Source: Balanoglossus misakiensis
Lineage: Eukaryota; Animalia; Hemichordata
Direction of reading: 5' to 3'
Assembly: GCA_040954595.2 (NCBI GenBank)
Contig: CM082589.2
Location: 8,878,894-8,942,893, forward strand
Length of the DNA stretch: 64,000 nt
Below the pieces are notes generated by a model. The model had not been told where the DNA came from. It worked only from the letters and a program-made list of their open reading frames with translations, and ran no database searches. Positions within the stretch are counted from its first letter, which is position 1. Every line of letters starts with the position of its first letter. This document shows, piece by piece, positions 26,718 through 39,993 of the stretch. A program made the position numbers and the translations under genes.

Positions 26718-29700
26718 TTAAGGTCTACGATGACGTCTGGACACCTACTGTCCCATCATTGCGCCAAAAATCATGTCCAATCAGAGCTCTTAGCAAGAAA
26801 ATAACGAAATTGGACCGGGACATAATGATCGAAAATAGCTTGCCACAGTCGCGCATTCGCTACTTCCGGGTATGGATTCCTTCCGCCGCCATGTTAGAAC
26901 ATGGTACATACACACACTCAGTAAACAGGCATTCGCAATTTTTCCGGACCTTCAGCAGACTAAAAATACGCAAATTTCGATAAAACAATAATCAACTCAA
27001 CTATTTATGTCCATTTTCGATTTTTAAAAACCGGCACATAGACGCGGGGCAGTGTTGAAAATCACGGAAAAATCGTGGATGTCCGTACGGGCACACCACT
27101 CGAAACGAGTATGACCTAATTCTTTGGACTAACAATGGCGTGAAATATGATAGAAATAGCAACTTACCGGGTATACGTCAGTTTCAGGATGAGAATAATT
27201 CTTCTAACACAGTATTAAGCTGGAAAAGTGAGATTATCGGTACCTCGGGAAAAAATCCTAACGGACGCATACTTAAGCACGGGGGCGCTGTTCATTTGAA
27301 ATGATTTTATGCAAATGCATGTAAATTAGGTACCCTGAAATCAGACTGTATAGTTGTTAATAAAATGTTACTCCCCCCCAAGGGTTGTACTGGTACTTGA
27401 ACTGTTAGTAAAATATCATGCCCTTGTTCCTAGTTATGAACTGAAACGTTTAGGCTAATCAACTGTAATGCTCATGTACTTGGTTGAGTAAAATGTCTGC
27501 CAATGTCTTGCCTAGTTCTACAACTCATAGTAAAATGCCATGCCCTCCCCTAGTTCCGCACTGTAGGGGTCAATAAACCGTATTATCTGGCCACCCCTAG
27601 CTCTTAAGTTGATCGTATGCCATGCCGAAACCTAGTTCTGTATAATTGTGACTTAGAGCTTAGATGGTCCTATAAATTTTATAAAACGTGTGCACACTTC
27701 AAATAGGCCGAAAATGTCATGTGTACCGACTGATAATAAACTGTCATTTCATCCCAGCTATGCACTCAAAAAATGATGTGGCATTAACACTAGAGAACGT
27801 GTACTGATCTGAGTGAATCAGATCCCGTGAGGAGTACGGTGCCCAGAGTACACGTGTACTAGTAGAGAAATGCCAAGTGTTGCTACATCTTTGCGCTTCG
27901 CCCGCCATTGCTCTCCGGAAAATAGGAGTGTGGTCGAGCGAACACGTGCGAGCGGAAAGTCGTGTTGCGACCGTCGGCGAGGAGAATTAAGACACAGCGC
28001 TAATAATAGTGTCTGTAACGACTATCACACCAAAACTCCTTTACAGTAAATATAAAAACAGACTACGTCGGAGAAGTCTTTTGACGTGTCTTCGTTCTCG
28101 AGGAGCCATTTGTATCTGCATTTGCATACCAGAAAGCCACGCCTTCCAGCCTCGTTCGCGGGTGGCTTGTTTGTAATTGCCAAAGGCGAGTTAGTCATGT
28201 GCTTAGTTTGTTGGGTGTCAATGTAATCGTCCATGTTAACTTATTTGGTACAATTCGAGACATATGCACTCAAAAATGATGTGGCATTAAACACTAGAGG
28301 ACGTGTACTGATCTGAGTGAATCAGATCCCGTGAGGTCGCCATTGTGGGGTTTGCACTGGTATGGTAGGGCATATTCTCATCAAGGGGGACACCCTCGGG
28401 GTGCGACGACCCCTTCCCTACTGTTGCTGAAAAATACTTGTATATGAAAGTTGAAACAGTGATAGTTGCACATGAGGTATCTGATATGGCATTAACATAA
28501 ACATAACAAAATAAAGTTTTGATGGTTCCTTGCAATCTGCAATTGCATGAAAATATTCTCTGTACTGTTAATTAGAGAATAATGTCTGCTCCTAATTCTG
28601 CAAAATGTGTCATACTAAAATGTTATACCATTAGTGACACTATGACCAATAATAAAATATCATACTCTTCCCTTATGTATTTCAGCTGTTAATGAAATGA
28701 TATTCCCATCCCTATCTTTGTACTGGTACTAAGCTATAAGTAAAATGTAACACTTATCCCAAGCATAGTACTGGTATTATAACTGGTAGTCCAATGCCAT
28801 GCCCATCCCCTTGCTGTGTTAATTGATAATAAAGTGTCATACCCTCCCCTTGTTCTGTACTGTTGCTGTTAATAAAATGTTATGACAATCCCTCATTGTA
28901 CTACATGTAATAGTTAACGGTAAGTACAATATCATGCACATCCCTTGCTTTTTAGTAAAATGCCATGCCTTCCCCTAGTTCTGTACTATAACTGTTAGTC
29001 ATATGTCATGTCCAACACTCACTTTGTACTATAAGTTACCAATAATAAAAATGTCATGCCCTCCCTGCTTCTCTATAGTTGTTAATAAAATGTTACTCCC
29101 ACCCCAAGGGTTGTACTGGTACTTGAACTGTTAGTAAAATATCATGCCCATGTTCCTAGTTATGAACTGAAACGTTTAGGCTAATCAACTGTAATGCTCG
29201 TGGACTTGGTTGAGCAAAATGTCTGCCAATGTCTTGCCTAGTTCTACAACTCATAATAAAATGCCATGCCCTCCCCTAGTTCCGCACTGTAGGGGTCAAT
29301 AAACCGTATTATCTGGCCACCCCTAGCTCTTAAGTTGATCGTATGCCACGCCGAAACCTAGTTCTGTATAATTGTGACTTAGAGCTTAGATGGTCCTATA
29401 AATTTTATAAAACGTGTGCACACTTCAAATAGGCCGAAAATGTCATGTGTACCGACTGATAATAAACTGTCATTTCATCCCAGCTATGCACTCAAAAAAT
29501 GATGTGGCATTAACACTAGAGAACGTGTACTGATCTCAGTGAAACAGATCCCGTGAGGAGTACGGTGCCCAGAGTACACGTGTACTAGTAGAGAAATGCC
29601 AAGTGTTGCTACATCTTCGCGCTTCGCCCGCCATTGCTCTCCGGAAAATAGGAGTGTGGTCGAGCGAACACGTGCGAGCGGAAAGTCGTGTTGCGACCGT

Positions 29701-32067
29701 CGGCGAGGAGAATTAAGACACAGCGCTAATAATAGTGTCTGTAACGACTATCACACCAAAACTCCTTTACAGTAAATATAAAAACAGACTACGTCGGAGA
29801 AGTCTTTTGACGTGTCTTCGTTCTCGAGGAGCCATTTGTATCTGTATTTGCATACCAGAAAGCCACGCCTCCCAGCCTCGTTCGCGGGTGACTTGTTTGT
29901 AATTGGCAAAGGCGAGTTAGTCATGTGCTTAGTTTGTTGTGTGTCAATGTAATCGTCCATGTTAACTTATTTGGGACAATTCGAGACATATGCACTCAAA
30001 AATGACGTGGCATTAAACACTAGAGGACGTGTACTGATCTGAGTGAATCAGATCCCGTGAGGAGTACGGTGCCCAGAGTACACGTGTCCTAGTAAAGAAA
30101 TGCCAAATGTTGCTACATCTTCGCGCTTCGCCCGCCAAGGTCGCCATGCCCATCCCTTTGCTGTGTTAATTGATAATAAAGTGTCATACCCTCCCCTTGT
30201 TCTGTACTGTTGCTGTTAATAAAATGTTATGACAATCCCTCATTGTACTACATGTAATACATAAGTGTAAGTACAATATCATGCAAATCCCTTGCTTTTT
30301 AGTAAAATGCCATGCCTTCCCCTAGTTCTGTACTATAACTGTTAGTCAAATGTCATGTCCAACACTCACTTTGTACTATAAGTTACCAATAATAAAAATG
30401 TCATGCCCTCCTTGCTTCTCTATAGTTGTTCATAAAATGTTACTCCCACCCCAAGGGTAGTAGTGGTACTTGAACTGTTAGTAAAATATCATGCCCATGT
30501 TCCTAGTTATGAACTGAAACGTTTAGGCTAATCAACTGTAATGCTCATGTACTTGGTTTAGTAAAATGTCTGCCAATGTCTTGCCTAGTTCTACAACTCA
30601 TAATAAAATGCCATGCCCTCCCCTAGTTCCGTACTGTAGGGGTCAATAAAACGCATTATCTGGCCACCCCTAGCTCTTAAGTTGATCGTATGCCATGCCG
30701 AAACCTAGTTCTGTATTGTGACTTAGAGCTTAGATGGTCCTATAAAGCTTATAAAACTTGTGCACACTCCAAATAGGCCGAAAATGTCATGTGTACCGAC
30801 TGATAATAAACTGTCATTTCATCCCAGCTATGCACTCAAAAAATGACGTGGCATTAAACACTAGAGGACGTGTACTGATCTGAGTGAATCAGATCCCGTG
30901 AGGAGTACGGTGCCCAGAGTACACGTGTCCTAGTAAAGAAATGCCAAATGTTGCTACATCTTCGCGCTTCGCCCGCCAAGGTCGCCATTGCTCTCCGGAA
31001 AATAGGAGACTGCATGTAGTTTAGCGAGCACGTGCGAACGGACGATGGTGTTGTTACCGTCGACGAGGCGAATTAAGACACAGCGCTAATACTAGTGTCT
31101 GTCACGACTATCACACCAAAACTGTCCTTTACACTAAATATAAAAAAAGTTATTAAAGTCGGAGAAGTCTTTCCACGAGTCTTCGATATCGAGGAGCCAT
31201 TTGTATCTGCATAAATTTGCATTTCCAGTCTCGTTCGCGTAAGACTTGTTTGTATTTGTCAAAGGCGAGTTAGGCACGTGCTTAGATTTTTGGGTATCAG
31301 TGTAATCGTCCATGGTAACTTATTTGTCTATTACATATTTTAATTTCATCTTTCTTATCAAGCCTTGATGTAATTACATGATATTTTCGTAAACACCACG
31401 GGTTCACAGAGTTTTGCTTCCAGAATGTCTGCAGTTGAATACAGCACACACATCTGTAGCCCGGAGACACAGGCGTAGTAGGGGAAAAGGAACGCCCGGG
31501 GACAGTCTCTATTTACGCACCGAATTCTGTGCGCAGAACGACACGGGTGGTAAATCTTGTGTGTAAGCTAATTTGTCACTCAATGTAAACCAAATGACAT
31601 CATCGCATTCTAAATAAGGAAATAGAGGTGGAGTCATGTGTGAAATTCCCGCAACGGGATGTGGGAGTGGTTTTGAAGGTGCATGAATATTCATAACCAA
31701 GCTATGTTAATTATATCATCCAACCACTGGCGCCCGTCAACATTTGATAGATCACTCTATATCCATTCGTTACTAAGCGACCATGATCGTTGCCAGGGCT
31801 ACTATCTTTCAGCTCAGCAGGAAATTTCTCGACTGTCCCCGGGCGTTGTATTCTAGATCGACGCCTGTGTCTCCGGGCTAACACATCTGCTTCGTGCCCC
31901 AATATCAGAGAGCGTAGCAATAAATAATGTATGGTAATTACGTATACGTCCCTTTCTTAGATCAAAATAATTTAAGTTAACAAAATAATGGTAAGTACAT
32001 TAAAAATTAAATGGGGGACGAGATAAGGGTGAAGCAATAGTAATTCAAATAAAATAAAATCTAAAAT

Positions 32068-33040
32068 AGAGGGTATGCACGTGACGTCATCCACTGGAGA
32101 GTCGCCATGTTGGAGATACACTTCCGCGTACAGCGCGCCGCGTACGCGTACGATAACATAGCATTATGCTGGCGGTACGATCAACCCCGGACTTTAGTCG
32201 TGTCGCGCTAGCTTTTGGAGAGTGGCTTTGTCCTTGACATCAATTTCATGTATGGTAAGAATCAAATAAATATGATACTACCAGTTCTGTTGTGTTTGTG
32301 TCTACTGTTTGACTCTGACATGTCTGTGTTTATGTTTCCGTAACAAGGTTACGTAACGGTAAACAAAAAATATATAAACAAACAAACGAACGAACGATCG
32401 AAAGTTTGATTACGTCATATTGACCCCATTTGTGAACCCACGTACTTGTGCGCTTGCTCATCCGTAACGATGGTAAATTATTGTAATGTATACAAGTGCT
32501 GTAATCGATCTGATAGGCAGTCTGATCGAAGTTACTTTAGACTTCCTGCTGTGATAACAAACCAAGGCGAAGTTTGCCAAGATTTGTCAAGTCGACGCCG
32601 CCAAAAGTGGTTGGCAAACATCGACCAAGACTTTGCCAGAAAAAAAACTGGCAAACATTCGGGTTTGTTCAGATCATTTCATTGGAAGTAAGTAAAATTT
32701 GACACATGTTGTTTTCTGGCATTAGCCTGACATGCAAACTGTTTTTTTAGTTGGTCTGCTGAATTTTGTTGTTCTTTTAAAAACAAAAAAGAAATACGCG
32801 CCGGCCGGCGGCAGCAGACGACAGTGTGCGTTGCGTAGCAACACGTACACAACTTTTGATAATAACCTGACTGTTGACCTCGAAGACCTTCTATGCGAAT
32901 GCCAGGCATACTTAGACTGAACTTTCTGCAGGAAATAGTGGAATACTGGATAGTTTGTGATCAGTGGATATATTTCTGATCCAAATAAAGTAGTTATAAA
33001 TTTGCATAAAACAATATTTATGGTCTTCTTTTATTATTGT
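32068..33040 (+). mobile_element. Left end of a THAP-transposase DNA transposon (ISL2EU-like), interrupted by the Helentron cluster
   Basis: at|agagggtatgcacgtgacgtca...gccatgttg terminus (AT flank, purine start) about 400 bp upstream of a THAP exon. No right end was found in the window. Confidence 0.55.
32470..32687 (+). pseudogene. THAP (C2CH) zinc-finger exon with a 1-nt frameshift in an A-run
   Basis: MVNYCNVYKCCNR..YFRLP..RRQKWLANI then, after a frame change at 32640-32647, KLANIRVCSDHFIG followed by a gtaagt splice donor at 32688. Confidence 0.8.
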
Positions 33041-33159
33041 TGGGGGCACAAGCGCCCTCAGGCGGCTTGTGCCCCCATTGTTATTGTTGGAATTTTTAGG
33101 GGCACAAGCCTATCGGGCTTGTGCCCCTATTGGTATTGTTGGAATATTTCTTCTTTATT

Positions 33160-34631
33160 ACGGGCCCAAGCCAAGCCAGGCTTGGGCCCGTATTGGTTTC
33201 GTTGGGGTTTTTCTTTCTTTCTTTATTCTTATGTCAATTCTTTGCTCTCCTAGATCTCTGAAACGGCTACAGGTACACTTCTCAAACTTGCTACAGTGGT
33301 CAAGGTCAATGAGTAGATGTGCAGTGGCTTGTGAATATTTAATTAGTCACGTGACCTGGCGGCCATATTGGATTTTCTGAAAATCTTTAAATGGCTTCTT
33401 CTCAAAAACCACAGGGCCAATCAAGTTCAAATTTGGTGTATGGTACACATGTCCTCTGCCCTTCAAAGTTTGACAATAAAATCCTGAGCGGTCATGTGAC
33501 TTTGGCCGCCATATTGGATTTTCAAAAAAGTACAGTAAAATCTTCAAAAATCTTCTTCTCCAGAACCGGCAATAACCGAGTCATGGGATTTAGGGTATGA
33601 CATCACCTAACTGATGTCTATCAAGTTTGCGAAGACCGTTGTGATTGGTCGAAGATTATGGCGGCCATATTGGATTTTGTAAAAACCAGTGAAAATTAAG
33701 AAATCATTTTTCTAGTCTAAAAATAGATAGCATACAAATTCTTTTTATGGATATGAGTCGTCATATGACTAGAATATGTTGCAAATATTTTGGCAATTTT
33801 CACATGACCTTTGACCTACTTTTTAAAGAACCTGCATATATGCATATATAGCTCATACTACGTGTTCTAAATGTACCAGAGTTCTGATTTTTGTGCACAT
33901 TGGTATCACCCCTGCCAGGACCTACCCCAAATATTTTGGTAATTTTGCCAATGACCTTTGACCTACTTTTGACACATCGTTTTTTCTGCATATCTAATTC
34001 CAGGCTAACCTATAGGGCTATCATTTTGGTTTTGATGTATGTGGATTTGTATGTGATCAAAAAATTTCGCTACTTTTCATGACCCCTTTGACCTCTGCTG
34101 ACGTCATTAAATATGCGCATACCTAATTACAGATGAACCAATAGACGGAGAGGTTTGGTTTTTATTGGACATGGACCAGTATTGGGTCAAAATTTGTTGC
34201 CCAAATTTTGGGTGACCTCGGGTGACCTTTGACCTACTTTTGCATATCTCGACATCCACAGCAGATACAGCCTTGGCGTTTGGAGGTATGGGGCCATAAT
34301 GAAAAGCCAAAGTTTTGGGTCACCTGTGACACCTGCTTAACTCATTATTTATGTTCATACCTAATTCCGGGCTAACCAAAAGGGCTAGAGGTCTGGTTTT
34401 TGTTGGACATGGACCACTATGGGTCAAAATATTCTGCCCAAATTTTTGGTGACCCCTGGGTGACCTTTGACCTACTTTAAACACTATATCAGCACCAAAC
34501 ATAGATATAACCTTGATATTTCATGCGATAAAAGACAACATTATGTTTCTACTCATTAATTATGTGCATATCTAATAATCAGATCAGATAATAGAGCTTG
34601 GGCCCGGACAATGCTGCTTGCAGCTTTAATT
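33160..34631 (+). mobile_element. Non-autonomous Helentron (HINE), ~1.47 kb, nested in the (ttc)n tract of the large element
   Basis: Head acgggcccaagcc..ggcttgggcccgt, (tctt)n, subrepeat body, tail gcttgggcccggacaatgctgcttgcagctttaatt. The host (ttc)n tract resumes at 34632. Confidence 0.85.
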
Positions 34632-37600
34632 CTTCTTCTTCTTCTTCTCCAAAAATCGGCCAGGTAGATCTGGAAAACGGCAGCACCTAGGGGGCTGAAA
34701 CTTGGTAGGGTGATAGGGGCCAATGAGTAGACGTGCAGTGGCTCGTGAATATTTAATTAGTCACGTGACCTGGCGGCCATATTGGATTTCCTGAAAATCG
34801 TTAAACAAGTCCTTCTCAAAAACTACTGGGCCAATCGAGTTCAAATTTGGTGTGCAGGTAGTCTACCTTCTGTCCATCATTTTACCCCATTGAAATCATG
34901 ACGTCACACATACCGTTTTTTTGCTACAATTGTTTTTCTGAAAAACTACTTAAAACTTTAAAAATCTTCTTCTCCAGAACCAGCGATTGCCAAGTCACGG
35001 GATTCGGGGTATGTGATCACCTAACCTATGTCTATCAAGTTTGCGAAGCGCACTGTGATTGGTCGATCATTATGGCGGCCATGTTGGATTTTCGGAAAAC
35101 CATTAAAAAATGAAAATTCCGTTTTGTAGCCAAAATGTTGACAGCACGGAAATTCTTTTTTTTGGATATGAGTCATCATATGACCGGAAATTGTCACAAT
35201 TTTTCGGGGCAGTTTGCACATGACCTTTGACCCAGTTTTAAAACAACTAATTATATATGCATATTCCCCATACCTCCTCTTGTCAAAGCACCACAGTCAT
35301 GAATTTTGTGGACATGGGTACCAATGCTGCCAGGACATGACACAAATATTTTGGTAATTTTGGCAATGACCCTTGACCTATTTCTGAAACATCATTTTTC
35401 TGCATATCTAATTCCAGGCTAACCAATAGGGCTAGAGGTCTGGTTTTAGTTGGACATGGCCCACTCTGGGGTCAACATTTTATGCCCAAATTTTGGGTGA
35501 CCTTGGATGACCTTTGATCTACTTTCCCATATCTCAGCATCCACAGCAGTTAGAGTCCTGGCTTTGGGGGGGGGGGGCAATGGAGCACATATGGAGTCTT
35601 ACACTAAACCTCATTAATTATGCGCATACCTAATTCTAGGCGAACCAATAGAGCTAGGGGTCTGTTTTTTGTTGGACCTAGACTAGTATGGGGTCCATTT
35701 TTTTTGCCCAAATTTGGGGTGACCTCAGGTGACCTTTGACCTACTTTCCCATATCTTGGTATCCACAGCAGATACAGCCTTGGCATTCGCTGGTTGGCAA
35801 TTTTCACATGACCTTTGACCCAGTTTGTAAAGAACCTAATAATAAGTGCATATGCCTTATAGCTCCTGTTGTAAAAGCACCACAGTTCTGAATTGACATA
35901 GGTACTTTCGCTGCAAGGACATGACCCAAATATTTCGGTATTTTGGCAATGACCTTTAACCTACTTTTGACACTTCATTTTTCTGCATATCTAATTCAAG
36001 GCTAACCTATAGGGCTACGGCTTTGTTTTTGAGCCAAGTGTCTGTTGGCCAGTGAGCACTACAGGGACCAAAATAAAAAAGCCCAACTGCTTAACTCATT
36101 AATTATGTGCATACCTAATTAAAGGCAAACAGATAGGGCTAGAGGTTTGGTTTTCCTTGGACATGGACCAGTATGGGGTCAACATTTATTTCCCTCAGGG
36201 GACCTTGGACCCTTTTTCCCATATCTCAGCATCCTATAAGCAGATAGAGCCTTGGCATTTGGAGGGATGGAGCACCTAATCCTTTTGCATAAGTAATTAT
36301 GTGCATATCTCATTCTGGGTCAACTTATATTATCAATTGCATTGTGTACCTAAAAAATGCAACAGCTATGTGTCACAAAAGGGTCAAATGACACATTGTG
36401 ACGTAATTTATTCCTAACCAAAAATTAGTGGCCAGGGTAGAATATTGGCGTAGAAAAAAGACCACACTGACACGAATTGAATTACGTTGATTTTGGTCAA
36501 AGACCAAATAATATAATTTCATTGACAACCAATACAAGTAGCAACATTGCAGAATAAATCTACACCATAGCTAAATCACATATTGTCTAAATTCAGTCCC
36601 ATATATCTTGTCTTGTAAACATTCCGTGCACAAAGCATGCCAAAGAATTGGTCACAGGCGAAGTCCGAGTTGAGAGGTGCATAGGATTAGCTAGATGTGT
36701 GAATGTGTAAGACTTTAATTGCAAAAGATTGCAATGTTGCAGAAGTGGCATCCCCTGTATAATGGACTTGCTTAAGAGTGAACAGTTCGTAGTTTTTCTG
36801 GACTGCATATTGCTGAACTGGTCGTCTAGTAGTGAATAGATTGGAGTGACACAGAAAACAAAACAGTTCTGTCTTGTAGGCACTCCCAGTGAGATGTGAA
36901 AGTCTACTGACAAATCCCAAATAAAGGTAGCCATAACTGATTGGCCTGCTTGACCTCTGTATTTAAATCTCTATTGTTTGCAGACAGTACTAGCTCATCA
37001 ACTTCACCTAAGTAATAAATACCAGGTGTGAACATATAAATATGCAAATGGGAAGAACCCAGTCATTCAAACTCACATTAAATCTTATGTAATCATTACA
37101 CTGATGTCAGTGCACTATAGTGGACCTTATGGAAAATGTTCAACTTATAAAATCATCTTCTGACACTATAAAAAGTAATTCATGGATTGGTGATGACAGG
37201 TGACATATTCTGGAAAAAGAATCTTAATCTGATATAAATATGAGTGTGGTTATCATTAAGATAACCCATTGTTCACTCCCTGTTCATTAACAAAAAGAAC
37301 CTCTAAGATCTGAATAGTTACTAACGGGATAGTGTGACATGAAAGTTGAGGCCATAACTGTTGAACACACCCAATACATTTGGCATTCTGAGTATATGTA
37401 TGGGCCAGTGCAGGTCACATGAGGATATAAATCACCTCTTGACAATAATAGCATATGGAATAACACAAAACTGATGTCAATAATTCAAGAATAAATATAG
37501 TTAAATATTAAACTTCACTATGAATACAGTTACATAAGTTCTTGCAATCAGTGCTGTGAAATTTTTCAAATAGTTCACGTATTTATAGTGTAGTACTAAT

Positions 37601-39473
37601 AGGGAACAAAAATCAGGAAAGTAAAATTCCTTCATGTACTGTGGTGTATATCAGATTCTCTATACTAACAAATATAATAAAATGACATAAAAATTATATA
37701 ACTAATAAATTATTGGGACTGACACATCTGTGATGCAAACCTGATAGTGTCAGTGTTTGTGGGTTACTTTGGACCTGTAAATAACCATGCTCATTCTAAA
37801 TGTTTGGGATTAAAGCAATAGTGACATTTCAGTGTACACTCTTTGCTTTATACGCAGTGGTTCAGTTATTGCTACTGGAGTTACAGCATGTTGTTCTACA
37901 TAAATAGCAATGATGATTCACAGAATACAAGTCTGAATACCAGTTATATAAGCATAATTTTGGGATTGCCATTCCACGATGTTTGTCTTGGTGCATGTAT
38001 CCCCAAAAATTGTGTCTTTGATGGGCAATTTATATTGTTTTGTGAAACTGAAAGCAACCATCCTGCACTGAAAGACCGTACTATACTTCAAACAAGTTGT
38101 TAAAATTGCTTCACAAATGTCTATATAATGAATTTAATTCAGTGTATTAACTTAAGCCATTCATGACAGCCTGACAGACACAAAGGTAGACAGTGGTATT
38201 ATACAATGTATGTGGTCATTGAGTAGATAACATAAGGAAAATGCATAAAAATAGATTTCACAAATTTACAACAAGGATTAAAACATTTATAAACCTAGGC
38301 TACCCTGGTGCTAATGTTTTACCAATTGTAAATCAAACTATGTGTTTAACACATTTCCCCTAATGGTACTTTACATACAGCGTAATTAAAAATCCATTTT
38401 TAATGTTAAGTTGTGTAATTATTCTTAAATGAACCTTATTCTTATGGAATTTCCATTTACCAATTTCCATTTCATTATCAACAGAATAAAAATGCCTTGG
38501 TAAATGACTGAAATGTTTCATACAAGCTTGAATATTTACAATTTTGGCATATTTGTCATTATGAACTTTACACTTACAATGGTTTCTTTAAATAAGCCTT
38601 ACTGATGGGTATTACATAAAACATAGTGTGAACCACTGATTAAGGCTACATAATAATACATTGTATAACTTAGTTAACATAACAATTGATTGTATTGTTA
38701 TGTAAATTCACAACCATGCTTTCCCAAAATCCTCTGGAGAACACTGTAAGCAGGCTATTGGGACTGTTATTACTCACACTTTTGATAGCATGTCTGCTAA
38801 TAACAGTGACAAAGTGCCAGGCTGGAATTATGACATACATTCACGTAGGACTAACACCGTGTGAGTTTTGATGAATCAGTTGAAACACATATCACAAATG
38901 ACAGTTCTGGAATAAATAAAATCATCAAGAAATGACAGTCAGGTGCATATAATGGATAACATCACAACAATAGGTCACATCCAGTGTGAACACAATATTT
39001 CTGGTATATTTACGTAAAAGTCACATGCATCAGAAATCATAAATGCATGGCCACCACTGACTTCTACTTTTGTAGCATGTTATAAATTGTTGTGCTTTAA
39101 AATACATCAATAAGCTGGTATGTGTGCACAATCACCTACAACATGATAATATCATGATCCGTGTAACTAATTGCATGTGAACCATGTCATTTCAATGAAA
39201 TCACTGCAGCCGTGTCAAACAAATGGCTCAGAAATGATAGACAATCAAATACATTAGTCTCCCATCACGATAAAACAGTAACAGCTTGATATCAAATGTG
39301 ACAATTAGCACCAGGGTAACCTAAGAGTAAATAATAAATGTTTACAACCCCCCCCCCCCTGCCCAACAATCTCGAAATGGGGACCCGTAAGTCTCAAACC
39401 CCATTATCCCTCCCCAATACCAGTTGTATGTAACACGGGTTTTAATTACTATATGCATAATGCCTCAATGTTG

Positions 39474-39983
39474 TTAATGCTGATGGCTTCATGAAAACTG
39501 AAGTACTTTGGCAGTATTTCAACAATATTTTCTGTTCTTTTCACATTACACATTGTCAATCAATGTACCAGCTTCTGTTAAGTTTGATTGCTCACATGTT
39601 GCTTGAAACCAAAGGGTTGCACTACCTTGATAATGAAAATATTTTCATTCATATCACTGATGATCACTGCAGCACCTGGATACATGAATTGACATTTCCT
39701 TTCATCAACAGAAGTAAGGTTTTATAGAACACCACTGCTTTGTATGATGATGCACTGGTCTTAAATTACTGCTACCACCGTATTGATATCTTGGACATAA
39801 ATGTAATATTTTCCAAGTTACAAACAGGCAAATGCATAATTTCAACACAGTCATATCTTTTGCAGATTAGTTTCAAAATAATGGTATGATTTTGACAGCG
39901 GCTGGTGATTGAGTTCAAATCCATTCACTGGTACCTCACATTATATTTGCTAGCTTCTCAGATAACCATGTTGTGGTCAAACA
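39474..39983 (-). pseudogene. Degenerate tandem duplicate of the endonuclease-coding 3' end of the Helentron ORF
   Basis: ttaatgctgatggcttcatgaaaactgaagtactttggca occurs at both 39474 and 40004; colinear similarity continues to ~39983 / ~40557 with indels. Confidence 0.85.
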
Positions 39984-39993
39984 TTGATGTCTT

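Larger units (their letters stand above)
22869..27348 (-). mobile_element. Second Academ-like non-autonomous transposon (4480 bp including nested insert)
   Basis: 14-bp TIR cagtctgat(c/t)tcag, TSD TATA (22865-22868, 27349-27352), empty site ctctatagttgtt at ~29071. Retains the end of a Cys8 finger and an acidic tail. Confidence 0.82.
19607..31325. repeat. ~1.73-kb complex tandem repeat (~3 copies; first copy split by two transposons, third rearranged)
   Basis: 19607-19920 + 22476-22868 + 27353-28366 corresponds to 28367-~30090 (period 1726, e.g. ORFs at 28025 and 29751). A partial third copy runs ~30140-31325. Internal degenerate ~45-bp aaaatgYcatgccc..tgtact subrepeats. Confidence 0.9.

Noticed and set aside
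28025-29960. Repeated 69-aa ORFs (MDDYIDTQ...)
   Set aside because: They recur only because of the tandem repeat, have no recognisable motif, and the third copy is disrupted.
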